Source: a virus
Lineage: Duplodnaviria > Caudoviricetes
Length of the DNA: 64,000 nucleotides
IMG/VR virus record: IMGVR_UViG_3300036966_000119
Coordinates: 1-64,000 of that record
Direction: 5' to 3' (one strand)
Shown here: positions 1-10,080 of the stretch, in pieces
Layout: each line of letters opens with the position of its first letter
How positions within the stretch are numbered: the first letter of the stretch is position 1
The notes under the pieces: model-generated
What the model was told of the DNA's origin: nothing
Databases searched by the model: none
What the model saw: the letters and a program-made list of their open reading frames with translations, nothing else
Made by a program: the position numbers and the translations under genes

Positions 1-2
1 TA

Positions 3-212
3 TATGGTGCATCAAAACAAGTTTTGTCAGAAGTAGTACCAGAAGGAATGGAACCATATACAGAAACAAGACCCGACGAAGAAGTTTCATTGTTCGTAAC
101 ACCGTCGGCTGTGTTAAAAAGAATGATACCGAGTCTACTTGTAACAGCATCAGGAAACAAGGTTTTAGTTGAATTGAAGCGTAAGATCAAGGAAATCTGG
201 GGATCTGAATAA
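3..212 (+). CDS. C-terminal end (5'-partial) of phage multisubunit RNA polymerase beta-like subunit
   Basis: Frame open from window edge: YGASKQVLSEVVPEGMEPY...P...KRMIPS...NKVLVELKR, resembling the conserved beta C-terminal region (K..S.V.P...P / P..V.SRM) as seen in phiKZ/AR9-type RNAPs. Confidence 0.7.
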   Translation, partial: YGASKQVLSEVVPEGMEPYTETRPDEEVSLFVTPSAVLKRMIPSLLVTASGNKVLVELKRKIKEIWGSE

Positions 213-217
213 AATAC

Positions 218-264
218 GACCGAAGGGTGGTTTAATTTTTATAAAATTGTTACGCCCTTCGGTC
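218..264. terminator. Hairpin between convergent RNAP beta and HNH genes
   Basis: GACCGAAGGG...CCCTTCGGTC inverted repeat with AT-rich inner stem; differs from the G-run/C-run hairpins typical of this window. Confidence 0.65.
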
Positions 265-270
265 ATATTA

Positions 271-1554
271 TTAAAGTTCTCCTTTGTCAAAATACTTATC
301 TGACAAAGTTTTCCATGATTTCTTTTCCCTTATTGCTCTCACTTTGTCTTTAGTCAAACCAGTAATTATGTCTTTGAGTTCATTGAACACAGTTTGGTTT
401 ATGTATGGATCTCCTTTATGTTTCATTAGACAATCAATGATCATCAAAGCATCTGATTCTGTTAAAGGAACACATTTAGGAAATTCATCTTTTGAGAAAA
501 CAAGATCTGTTACTTCACTACCAACAGACTTGTCTTTCAAATGCCATATCCAACCGAGAGTTATCCATGGATATTTAGATATCATCATATCTCTGGTTTT
601 CTTAACATCACCCTTGTTCTCTTTCAGACAATACGATACTTCTAAGATCACATCAGGATCCGTCTGACGAATCTGTTTCTTTCTACCTTCTTCAGTAAGT
701 ATCTTACTACTGATATAGACAAATGTTTCACCATATTTAATCATCGATATGATAGGATATGTTAATCCTTGAATAGAATCCTTTAGTTCATTATATGTCT
801 TACTTATAGATCCATTATTCTTATTAAGTGAATAACATATCTCAATTGCGTCTTTTTCGGATATCTTCGCGACAGCATTTTTGTCTCCTCTGTGACCGAC
901 AACAGATACACCTGAATCAAACGCATGTTGGTTGTTTTCTTGAATGGTAACCCATTCCAGATTATACCACATACAATTATTATGATCACAATCGATGTGG
1001 TTTACAAATTTTCTGTCATTAGAATATCCACAAATGAAATGTGCTGCAACGAGTCTGTGTATTTGACAATGTAAACCTTTTGCTGAATCAGAAGAAAGCC
1101 ATACACGCAAGTATCCTGACGAATCATCAAATTTCATGATCGTTGGTGGATATGTTAACATGGATCTCACACGACCCCAATTGGATACCTGATAATATCC
1201 CTGCTTGACGTCTTTGTATGTTATGTCTTTCCATTCTTCAACGTCTTCAACCCATTCAAGGTTCTGATAATCACAGTCGGCCGTTCTTCCGTTTTTGTGT
1301 TTGACCTTAACAGGTTTTCCAACTAACTCAGGTGGGATTGGAATAAACGTTGATGCCATAATAACATCGAATGGTTTGAGCACATAACGGTTGTCTGATG
1401 TGTGTACGAATTCATACAGATAACCGTTTGAAGATAAGTAGCTTGGCATGTGTATACCTCTGGAGTCATTAACACGACCATCAATAGATATCTGAATTGA
1501 TGAATCCTCTATTCCAGGGACGTGTATATCATACCATTTGTTATATTGATACAT
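271..1554 (-). CDS. Free-standing HNH homing endonuclease (tandem NUMOD4/HNH-like units plus three C-terminal helical repeats)
   Basis: YQVSNWGRVRS, IHRLVAAHF, VNHIDCDHNNCMWYNLEW..EN.QHA motifs; degenerate N-terminal unit KHKNGRTADCDYQNLEW; RBS AAGGAG upstream. Confidence 0.9.
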   Translation of the reverse strand: MYQYNKWYDIHVPGIEDSSIQISIDGRVNDSRGIHMPSYLSSNGYLYEFVHTSDNRYVLKPFDVIMASTFIPIPPELVGKPVKVKHKNGRTADCDYQNLEWVEDVEEWKDITYKDVKQGYYQVSNWGRVRSMLTYPPTIMKFDDSSGYLRVWLSSDSAKGLHCQIHRLVAAHFICGYSNDRKFVNHIDCDHNNCMWYNLEWVTIQENNQHAFDSGVSVVGHRGDKNAVAKISEKDAIEICYSLNKNNGSISKTYNELKDSIQGLTYPIISMIKYGETFVYISSKILTEEGRKKQIRQTDPDVILEVSYCLKENKGDVKKTRDMMISKYPWITLGWIWHLKDKSVGSEVTDLVFSKDEFPKCVPLTESDALMIIDCLMKHKGDPYINQTVFNELKDIITGLTKDKVRAIREKKSWKTLSDKYFDKGEL

Positions 1555-1578
1555 TATATATCAACTCCTTTCATTGAA

Positions 1579-1590
1579 ATAATGTGTATA
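1579..1590 (-). promoter_or_regulatory. Putative early-type phage promoter for the HNH gene
   Basis: Minus strand TATACACATTAT, a variant of the TA(T/C/G)ATATTAT motif recurring upstream of early-type genes. Confidence 0.45.
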
Positions 1591-1604
1591 TTGAAATCAC
1601 TATT

Positions 1605-1700
1605 AAACGTATGATTCCTTCATTGCTTGTAACTGCATCAGGAAATAAGGTTCTTGTAGAACTCAAAAGAAAAATAAAAACAATTTGGGAAACATCATAA
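1605..1700 (+). pseudogene. Orphan duplicate of RNAP beta 3' end (KRMIPSLLVTASGNKVLVELKRKIKTIWETS*)
   Basis: 96 nt aligning to 117-212; first 25 codons give identical amino acids but 15 are synonymously different; no RBS of its own. Confidence 0.9.
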
Positions 1701-1703
1701 TGT

Positions 1704-1735
1704 ATTATAACCGGGGGTAGAACCCCGGTTATAAT
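1704..1735. terminator. Bidirectional intrinsic terminator
   Basis: ATTATAACCGGGG-gtagaa-CCCCGGTTATAAT. Confidence 0.8.
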
Positions 1736-2355
1736 TAATTAAAACATCCCTTAATAAAATATCTATCAGATACATGTCTCCAGGATTTTTTCTCTTTTAT
1801 TGCTCTGACTTTGTCTATTGTCAATCCTTCTATATCATCTTTGAGTTTTTCATGAACAACTCTCTGTGATCCATTAAATCTCACAAGATATTCACATATC
1901 ACTACTACTTGCTCTTCCGTCAATGGTTTTACTTTCGAAAATTCATCAGCAGAAAACACTTCATCAGTTATTTCTTTAGCAACAGATTTGTCTTTAAGAT
2001 GCCATATCCAACCCAGTGTCAGCCAAGGATACTTGTATATTAATGCATCCCTCGTTTTTTTGACATCACCCTTGTTATTTTTGAGACATGTTGCTATTTC
2101 AATTATGATGTTTTCATCAGTCTGTCTCTCTATCTTTAGTTTTCCATCATCAGAAAGAATGTCTCTACTAACATAAACAAAAGTTTCTTCATATTTAATA
2201 GACGATATAACAGTGGGTTTCAAACCAACTATTTCATCTTTAAGTTCATTATATACATCATTGATGGATCCTTTGTGTCTATTAAGACTTTCACATATTT
2301 TTGCAGCTTCAATTTCTGATATTGTTGTCATACCATGATTATCACCCTTTGCCAT
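1735..2355 (-). CDS. Nuclease-less paralogue of the HNH C-terminal putative DNA-binding repeats
   Basis: Collinear with C-terminal half of 271-1554 (KGDVKKTRD, YPW.TLGWIWHLKDKSV, DKVRAI.EKKSW...SD.YF); likely ATG at 2355 with RBS, overlapping the end of the upstream gene; no HNH motif. Confidence 0.85.
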   Translation of the reverse strand: MAKGDNHGMTTISEIEAAKICESLNRHKGSINDVYNELKDEIVGLKPTVISSIKYEETFVYVSRDILSDDGKLKIERQTDENIIIEIATCLKNNKGDVKKTRDALIYKYPWLTLGWIWHLKDKSVAKEITDEVFSADEFSKVKPLTEEQVVVICEYLVRFNGSQRVVHEKLKDDIEGLTIDKVRAIKEKKSWRHVSDRYFIKGCFN

Positions 2356-2980
2356 ACATTCTTCCCTTTCCAAATAAGAAATTTTCAAGATCCATTCTTT
2401 TGATGGTTTGCACCATTTTCATTCTTTCATTGTGTGTCATATCAACATCCCATGCCCATAACATGACACCAGCCACAAACTTTTTGAATGTTTCAAGATA
2501 TCGTTCACAGAATTCTGTTAAAGAATTCATGGTGAACGTCATATGATGACAACCGCATTTGAGAACGTAGATAACATCCCTTGGTAGAAAGTCTCCCAGA
2601 TTGTTGGAACCATTCAGAGCCATTATATCAAAACGCAATGGTTCTTTTATAGCCTTACTAACAAGCATGAAAGAATGCATCGCTTTTGAATCTGGATCTG
2701 TAACCATATAAGCTTCTTCGTATTTTTCATACCCACAGAAAAGTGTTATCGTGGTTAATAGATTTTCTATTATAGAGACCACCCCCATCCAGTTTGTTTT
2801 AGTATAAGGATATACTTGGTTATGTAATCTCCATACACCTGTCAGAGTTATTGAGTCATTGGCGTCGTTACACACATTCTGTGTCACATATTCTTCGTAC
2901 TCTTTTTCTGATTCCATGATTTCTTTCAATGCGTCCCAGAGGAAAATATTCTCTGGATCAGTATTCATTTTCGTAAACAT
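2342..2980 (-). CDS. Hypothetical protein
   Basis: 212-aa ORF, AAAGGAGGT RBS, early-type motif at 3032-3043. Confidence 0.75.
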   Translation of the reverse strand: MFTKMNTDPENIFLWDALKEIMESEKEYEEYVTQNVCNDANDSITLTGVWRLHNQVYPYTKTNWMGVVSIIENLLTTITLFCGYEKYEEAYMVTDPDSKAMHSFMLVSKAIKEPLRFDIMALNGSNNLGDFLPRDVIYVLKCGCHHMTFTMNSLTEFCERYLETFKKFVAGVMLWAWDVDMTHNERMKMVQTIKRMDLENFLFGKGRMYGKG

Positions 2981-3031
2981 GATAATTTACCTCCTTTAGA
3001 TTTATGGATGTTAATCCATTATGTCATTAAA

Positions 3032-3043
3032 ATAATATCTATA
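3032..3043 (-). promoter_or_regulatory. Putative early-type promoter
   Basis: Minus strand TATAGATATTAT. Confidence 0.5.
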
Positions 3044-3058
3044 TGGTGTATAAAAATA

Positions 3059-3071
3059 AACGCCAAGGTAA
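3059..3071 (+). promoter_or_regulatory. Putative late-type promoter AAC-N7-TA
   Basis: AACG-ccaagg-TAA upstream of the 2315-aa gene; same spacing seen before other structural-type genes. Confidence 0.45.
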
Positions 3072-3109
3072 GCATTCGCCAAACTCTTTTAAGAAAGGAA
3101 TGATAATGA

Positions 3110-6100
3110 ATGGCTAAAATGAATTATGGAGCATGGTTCTATAATCAACATAGATATCGTAAAAATAGTCGTGGTACTATTGAAAGCTTCAATGATACCA
3201 AATGGGCTACAATAAATGAACGAATCTCAAAGCTGATTAAGATGGGTTCTTCGTTATTAGATGATCAACCCTTCATGGTCAACGGTAACCAAATGGCTTT
3301 CAGGAAACTCATTGATTTGATGGGTCGTTCTAATTATACTTTTGATGATCTTGATGATGCTTTAAAAGAAACATATCGTGTATCATTGCAGAATACTATG
3401 TCACGTAATCTCGTTAATACTCATGCTGTTATGTTCCATGGTAGTAACGTCAAAGATAGTAATGTTGCAGCAGAAAGTTTCACACATTACAAGATTATTG
3501 AAGCACCATATGATCAGTTACATTTTGGAGCACGTGATGAATTCATACGTCAAAAGCTTCAAGAAATGCATACAACCCAGAACAAGTATTTTGTTCCAAT
3601 CAGTAAATTCAATTCTTCTGAATTTGTTAAGATACTTGACTTCTCTATCATATGTACAGTAAATGGTTATTTCTGTAATGACTGTTTAATTGCAATGGAT
3701 GATAAAGGATTTAAATTCAAGATAGGTTGGCCTTATACTGCTGACGTTGATTTCATTGTATACAAGCTTGATCATGCTCAGGTTATCTCTGCAAATGTTT
3801 CATCATCATATATTGAAGATAAGAAAATTATCCCATATTCTGTATTGGGAGTAACACGTCAATATGTTGGTTTGAAATGTTTCGTCAATATATTCGATAA
3901 GAACTTCACAAAGACATCTCCTTCTGCACCAAACTTTGGTATATTCACCAAGGAAGGTCTTCAGTTGTTAAATCTCCAAAAGATAACAACTGATACACTG
4001 AAGAGACAGAGTACTGAAAATGTTTCTATTGACATATATGCATTGAAATTTTTCCACGAAGTACCTGACTTATATCCGGCTGTCAACTATGTTGATATTC
4101 TTGATAGTAAGGTTGTGTTCGATGAAAGATATGAGTATGTTAAGAATCTCAAAGGAGAACGTATAGTTTCTACATCCACACGTAACTTCAACTATCTTGA
4201 GACATGTACTCCTCCTATTGCCATCGATAGAAATACAACATATTCATTTGATATTATCATCGATTGTTTAGCGATGTATAATAAGATGATGGAATACAAT
4301 GATGATATGTTCAACATAGGTCAAGGATTAACATATGGAACAGAATCTGATTTCTATAATAAATATTTACCGATGTTGGAAAATATCTATTATAATCTTT
4401 TACATCTTCTGGGATCATATCAACAGGGTGCAATACTGACATCATTGGTTGAATCTGAAAGAATTGATAAGTTCACTGCGCTTGTTAATAACTTAAAGAA
4501 ACTTGTTGACCTTAGGGATTTCTCAAAGGTACAATCTTTGGTATTCGATGAACTGTATGGTTCTAATTATAAAAGCACTGTGCTGTATATTACAGAACCT
4601 TTCCGTTCTGAGAAACTTGAAGTATTTTCAAACATGGCTAATATGGCCAATAATTACTTTGTTGAAAATGATAACTCAACACGCTTCAATCGTCCAATAT
4701 CATCAGAGTGTTTTATTGCACTTAGATACCATCGTGATGATGAATGCTGGTTATTCGATTATCCGGAGATAAAACATTTCCATGGTATCGGAAACACATT
4801 CTATATCAATACCAAATTAACTGGTACTGAGATATTCAAGTTCTTTGTTCTATATAGTGATACAGAAGCACCAGGTGAACAAAACATAGAACACTTTGAT
4901 CTCGAAACAGTTCTCGACTTTGACTTATTCTCAAATGAAGTAGATAAACATCTTGGTTGTATTCGTTACTGGGATGCCGAGAATCGTTTGATGAAGATGG
5001 CAAAGATGTTGTATGACAAATACGATGATGAGACTGTTGTTCAAGTATTATCAAAGATGCTCAAGCGTAAGGTTAATGGTGAAGATATAATAAATGTATA
5101 TCCATCAGAAATCAACTATGAAGATTCAAATAAGACAACTGATAATCTCACCGATTATACAGAAGCTTCTGAACGAGCTCCTTTCGCAATAAACTTCTTA
5201 TTCTATACTTTGTCGATGTTGAATAATAACGTTGACAAATTACAAGCATACTTCTATCAGAAGCTGGTAAACAAGAAGTATGGGATTAGATATGCGGACA
5301 TAGACATTTCTTCAATAATGTCTGATGATAGATATCCAATAAACTATTCGGAATTCTGTATATCTCCATCAATACCTGGTGAGACGACTGTTCGTCCTTC
5401 TGGACAAGCATATGCATTCTATGGATTGCCATTGATACTCAATTCAAACGGTAATAAATTATATGAACCATATCGTTACGTATTGAATGTATATAAGTCT
5501 GATATACAATATCCAATCATTTCGGAGAATGGTTTAAATCATAAATACTACACAATGTATGATGATATAACCAGACCTATTTATGGTGGTCAGATTGTAT
5601 CATATCATGATAATATTTATCTGGCAAAGATGTTGACAAAGTACTTGACATCCGCATATGATTACATCTCTGAATTACAGACAAACTACAAGACTACTTT
5701 CAATCAAACTTCTATTACAATTGAAGCATTGAAAACTTTGACACGTCATAGACTTGATATTAAAGAATTCGTACGTAATGCAAATCTCGTATCAATCGAT
5801 GGTATCTCAGATCCGAATGATATACTTGAACTGGTATTGGATGACAATGCTCTGTTCAATCAGTTTGCACATCTTGACACTTTGATGAATGAGATAACCA
5901 GTGTTATTGAATATCCGAAAACAAACATTGTTGCGTACATCAATTCTACCGTATTGAGTACTTTGAAATTCGTTTATGTAACAACGGGATTCGACAACAA
6001 TGCAATGAAACGTGCAAGAATGTTATACATTCATCTCAAGAAAATCAATACACCAATGAATGCATACCAGTATCAGAAATGGATTGATGGTATCGATCTT

Positions 6101-9100
6101 CATATTCTTAAGAATCTGGATAATATGCTTGCGGAGAATGAGAATTACAATCTCGGTACAGGTGTATTCACACGTATGTATGAAATATTACGTGACTACA
6201 AGGAAAGATTACAAGCACGAAATTCATTAACTCAATTGAGTGAAATGATTGATGCTTTAACGGGTACTGTTAAAACATCGCATATTGATCCAGTTGTCAC
6301 ATATTGTGATGATATGATCAATAAAGTTATCTTTGATATCTATGCAATAAATGAAGTTAACTTCAATAATTCTACTACGTACAATGACAAACCCGTATTC
6401 GTAGTTGTTACGGTTGATGATATTCCTCACACATATCCACCAATAGGAACACAGATACATTCAACACATAGACTCGTATTCCAACCAATCATCGATAAAG
6501 ACAACAATGGAAAGTATATCATCAAGTCATTATCAAACATATGTGAATATGCATTCTTTGATGGTTCTACATTAACGGGATTGACAATGAATGTGTTGGA
6601 CATAAACGGAAGTATCATTGGTACACAAACAGTATCAATTGATTTCATTCGTGTATCATCTACAGCAGACAAAGTAAACACATTTGATCAAGTATCAAAT
6701 GTAAATACTGAATCAATTGAATTCCAAAACAATCATGAATCATTTGAGGTTGTAAACGATTTGGTTGTCAATGAAAAACATGCCAAGATGAATTATGAAT
6801 TGCTTGTAGGAAATCATTTTACACCATTGGATCATGTTGAAGAAATGATACTTGAACCAGAAACATGGCTTCCTGGTTCTGTTGATAAATTAATCATCGA
6901 TAATCAATTAATCAACAGAATGAGTATGGCTGAATTCGGTCATCGTAAGTGTAGTGATGTTTACTTCAAACCCGCACAAGTAATTCATATAACACCAAAT
7001 CAGGATGGTTCTATCGATTCGGTATATGGTAAGTATTTTGAAGGACATTCAATCTATCTTAAAACGACTGATGGTTTAATATCTTTCCCAATTAAAATAA
7101 CCGCAGTTGACCATTCTATCAATAAAGGTTTCATAGAAGCAAAGGTTGATGGATGGAATTCAAAATGGTTTAAGATTGAAGATCCTACAAAGATTACTGA
7201 ATATCTTACATCTGAGATTGAATGTGAAGTCGTGGATGATAATATGAGGAACTTCTTAGATGAATTCTCTCATGAATTATATCCAGTATATTCAAATCCG
7301 GGATACTCACCTGCAAGTGTAGTATACGATGAGAATATCGATAATGCATATAAACTCCCGGGTGATCCTATATTCGTATCATCTAATGCGGATTTCGTTT
7401 ACAATCGTTTGAACTGGTTCTTCAATGAAATAGTTCCCAACAGATTCATTGATGATGAACATAAGACACATCGTTTTATTTACGTAACTCACGGATTCAT
7501 CAATGATGAACATGATGAATTGAAGATCAACATGATCAATCATGACTTCAATCAAACAACATTACCGGAAAGATATCCGGTATTAAGAGACGAACCAAAT
7601 GATCATTCTGTTTGGGATGCAGAAGTTAAAAGATTCCAAAACGAAATTATCTCAGACCAAAACAGGATAAAGTCACTCGAGATTCAACGTGCCAGAGCAG
7701 AAGCTGCAGTTCATCAAGCAAAGACAATACACGAGAGAGAAGTTGCATTAATACGTTTAGATTCATACGACAGACGTATTGCAAAGTTGGAAGATGAAAT
7801 TGACCGATTCGATAAATTGAAACGTCAACTTGAGAAACCAACAACATGGTTCAATGTACGTTCATACAACGCGGCATTGGTTTATATTGCAAATGGTAGA
7901 GCAGACAAGTTCTCACCAACATTCATATCAAACATTCGTGATTTATTATATACGGATAAGATTGATGTGTTCCTGTATGATTGGGATCACAAAGAATGGT
8001 TGGATCCATCAACATATGACATGTCAATTCAAATGGTTGACAATGTTAAGGTTGATGAATGTGATGATTATACAACCAATCGTGTTCTGTATACATTTAC
8101 TATTGTGCCAAAACCAGGATTCCAGTACTCTAAGAAGATACTCGTATACTTCTCATATGATTCATCAGATGTATTTGAAGATATCACAATGAATCAACCA
8201 ACATGTTCCGTTAGATTCAAACCTATATTATCATTGGATGGTGAAATAACTGATTATGATCCATACAAAGGAATCAATATACGTAAACATTTCGATGGAT
8301 ATGAAAAGTACAAGGTGTCGGGAGAAGATATACATGTAAAACGTATTAATCGTACTGGAAAATATACATTTTCTCCTGCATTTAGATTCATCGACATAAT
8401 GGTTTCGGATGACAACGGTGATCATACTTATGAAGATATTGCAGAGTTCTATGTTCCGAATAAGTTCAAGAATGATGAATCACCAGTAAAGTTGTACAAG
8501 CCATCGTATAGAACGCAGATACATGCAGAAGTTGATGCATTTGAACCAGATAAAGAAATCCGATTAATATCAATCAATAACGGAAGTTATGATGGTAATA
8601 TATCTGAAGTAATGTTCAATGGTATAACATCATTGGACAATGGTGATCAAAAGATCACTATCACAGGTTCTACATTACCAAACTATGCAACAGGTTCATT
8701 CGTTTGTACTGTATTCCAGTCAGATGAGTATGATCCTACTGGTGGTGTTATAACTGTAACGGTTACTCACGAAGAAGATGACATATATGGTGAATGGGTA
8801 CGTGTACCAATTGAGCAAATGTTGTATCGTGAAATACCTGAAGAGTTTAAACTTGTAATGAAACAACCAACAGCAAACGATGTCATTGTTACATTATCAA
8901 ATAATTATATCAACAATGCCGACATTGCAGTTCAATTACACAATGAAGGTGTATATGATCCTTATACGTATTATTGGGATACAAAACATCTTGTTCGTAT
9001 GCCAATATCAAATGTACGTATCAATGAACCACGAGAAAGACTTGTGATAGATACATCAGTAAATGATAATGTGCAATCAATCAAAGCACCATACATTGGT

Positions 9101-10057
9101 ATTTGCAGATACTCATTAGCTAAGATACCACAAGATGGATTCGTTGATCTTACTGGTTATTTACCAACACCATTATCACGTAACAGATACGAGTTCTGGG
9201 TAAATGGTAGATGTGTTAAAGACCCCAAGGATATAATCATACTGTCTCCTACATCAATTCAATTATGCAATATGAAATCATTAAAGAATTTCGAAGTAAT
9301 TGAGTTGGTAGATGATGTCAATACGGATAATGATCTATTTAGACAAGGCAATCTTTATATGGATATCAATGGTAATACATATGGTACTTATAAACTTGCA
9401 TTGTTGAGTAATTCACGTATCAGATATCAAGACATCAAGTTTACGTTCAACGCAAATGTTCACACAAATATCAATGATCATACAAAGGATATCATTCCGA
9501 ATCCAAATAACAAAGACTTGGAAGAAGATATTTTAAGTTATGTTACATTTGATGATTCATCAACAGACTACAACAAACTCTACAACATTCCTACTATGAA
9601 TGGAATATCATTATTCCATCCAAAGTTACAAGGTTTAGGAATTGATGAAACTCCTAATGAAGATATCATAAAGAAATTCGATATGATATGGAAGTTAGAA
9701 GAAATAACAAATCCGATGTTCCCAATGACACATCGCGAAGGTAGACATATTGAAGATGAAGACATTCTCAAGTTACATATCAAACTCATTACAGAACCAC
9801 ACTGGAATGGTTTAGATATAGACACCACAGGAATGTATCTTATCTATGCTACCGGACCAGTTGAGAGGTATTTCTCATTGTATATATCTAAACTGTCGGA
9901 TGGTGCAATTGATGATGTGAATAATACAGTAAAGATTATTCCATTCATCATGCCAGGTGTTTATGTTCTCATAGATCCAAAGTATACGGGTATGTGGTTG
10001 CATTCAACACATGGAAAAACAAAACCAATTCATATTGTTAATACAACACCAGATTGA
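3110..10057 (+). CDS. Very large protein, probably virion structural (2315 aa)
   Basis: Long ORF with RBS, an internal coiled coil and a beta-rich C-terminal part; late-type motif upstream; no catalytic motif recognised. Confidence 0.6.
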   Translation: MAKMNYGAWFYNQHRYRKNSRGTIESFNDTKWATINERISKLIKMGSSLLDDQPFMVNGNQMAFRKLIDLMGRSNYTFDDLDDALKETYRVSLQNTMSRNLVNTHAVMFHGSNVKDSNVAAESFTHYKIIEAPYDQLHFGARDEFIRQKLQEMHTTQNKYFVPISKFNSSEFVKILDFSIICTVNGYFCNDCLIAMDDKGFKFKIGWPYTADVDFIVYKLDHAQVISANVSSSYIEDKKIIPYSVLGVTRQYVGLKCFVNIFDKNFTKTSPSAPNFGIFTKEGLQLLNLQKITTDTLKRQSTENVSIDIYALKFFHEVPDLYPAVNYVDILDSKVVFDERYEYVKNLKGERIVSTSTRNFNYLETCTPPIAIDRNTTYSFDIIIDCLAMYNKMMEYNDDMFNIGQGLTYGTESDFYNKYLPMLENIYYNLLHLLGSYQQGAILTSLVESERIDKFTALVNNLKKLVDLRDFSKVQSLVFDELYGSNYKSTVLYITEPFRSEKLEVFSNMANMANNYFVENDNSTRFNRPISSECFIALRYHRDDECWLFDYPEIKHFHGIGNTFYINTKLTGTEIFKFFVLYSDTEAPGEQNIEHFDLETVLDFDLFSNEVDKHLGCIRYWDAENRLMKMAKMLYDKYDDETVVQVLSKMLKRKVNGEDIINVYPSEINYEDSNKTTDNLTDYTEASERAPFAINFLFYTLSMLNNNVDKLQAYFYQKLVNKKYGIRYADIDISSIMSDDRYPINYSEFCISPSIPGETTVRPSGQAYAFYGLPLILNSNGNKLYEPYRYVLNVYKSDIQYPIISENGLNHKYYTMYDDITRPIYGGQIVSYHDNIYLAKMLTKYLTSAYDYISELQTNYKTTFNQTSITIEALKTLTRHRLDIKEFVRNANLVSIDGISDPNDILELVLDDNALFNQFAHLDTLMNEITSVIEYPKTNIVAYINSTVLSTLKFVYVTTGFDNNAMKRARMLYIHLKKINTPMNAYQYQKWIDGIDLHILKNLDNMLAENENYNLGTGVFTRMYEILRDYKERLQARNSLTQLSEMIDALTGTVKTSHIDPVVTYCDDMINKVIFDIYAINEVNFNNSTTYNDKPVFVVVTVDDIPHTYPPIGTQIHSTHRLVFQPIIDKDNNGKYIIKSLSNICEYAFFDGSTLTGLTMNVLDINGSIIGTQTVSIDFIRVSSTADKVNTFDQVSNVNTESIEFQNNHESFEVVNDLVVNEKHAKMNYELLVGNHFTPLDHVEEMILEPETWLPGSVDKLIIDNQLINRMSMAEFGHRKCSDVYFKPAQVIHITPNQDGSIDSVYGKYFEGHSIYLKTTDGLISFPIKITAVDHSINKGFIEAKVDGWNSKWFKIEDPTKITEYLTSEIECEVVDDNMRNFLDEFSHELYPVYSNPGYSPASVVYDENIDNAYKLPGDPIFVSSNADFVYNRLNWFFNEIVPNRFIDDEHKTHRFIYVTHGFINDEHDELKINMINHDFNQTTLPERYPVLRDEPNDHSVWDAEVKRFQNEIISDQNRIKSLEIQRARAEAAVHQAKTIHEREVALIRLDSYDRRIAKLEDEIDRFDKLKRQLEKPTTWFNVRSYNAALVYIANGRADKFSPTFISNIRDLLYTDKIDVFLYDWDHKEWLDPSTYDMSIQMVDNVKVDECDDYTTNRVLYTFTIVPKPGFQYSKKILVYFSYDSSDVFEDITMNQPTCSVRFKPILSLDGEITDYDPYKGINIRKHFDGYEKYKVSGEDIHVKRINRTGKYTFSPAFRFIDIMVSDDNGDHTYEDIAEFYVPNKFKNDESPVKLYKPSYRTQIHAEVDAFEPDKEIRLISINNGSYDGNISEVMFNGITSLDNGDQKITITGSTLPNYATGSFVCTVFQSDEYDPTGGVITVTVTHEEDDIYGEWVRVPIEQMLYREIPEEFKLVMKQPTANDVIVTLSNNYINNADIAVQLHNEGVYDPYTYYWDTKHLVRMPISNVRINEPRERLVIDTSVNDNVQSIKAPYIGICRYSLAKIPQDGFVDLTGYLPTPLSRNRYEFWVNGRCVKDPKDIIILSPTSIQLCNMKSLKNFEVIELVDDVNTDNDLFRQGNLYMDINGNTYGTYKLALLSNSRIRYQDIKFTFNANVHTNINDHTKDIIPNPNNKDLEEDILSYVTFDDSSTDYNKLYNIPTMNGISLFHPKLQGLGIDETPNEDIIKKFDMIWKLEEITNPMFPMTHREGRHIEDEDILKLHIKLITEPHWNGLDIDTTGMYLIYATGPVERYFSLYISKLSDGAIDDVNNTVKIIPFIMPGVYVLIDPKYTGMWLHSTHGKTKPIHIVNTTPD

Positions 10058-10060
10058 TTT

Positions 10061-10080
10061 ATGGGGGCTTCGGCCCCCAT
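10061..10080. terminator. Intrinsic terminator
   Basis: ATGGGGGC-ttcg-GCCCCCAT directly after stop codon. Confidence 0.8.

Noticed and set aside
213-1604. Group I intron carrying the HNH inside the RNAP beta gene
   Set aside because: Only ~50-60 nt flank the HNH ORF, it is antisense, and the upstream copy already completes the gene.
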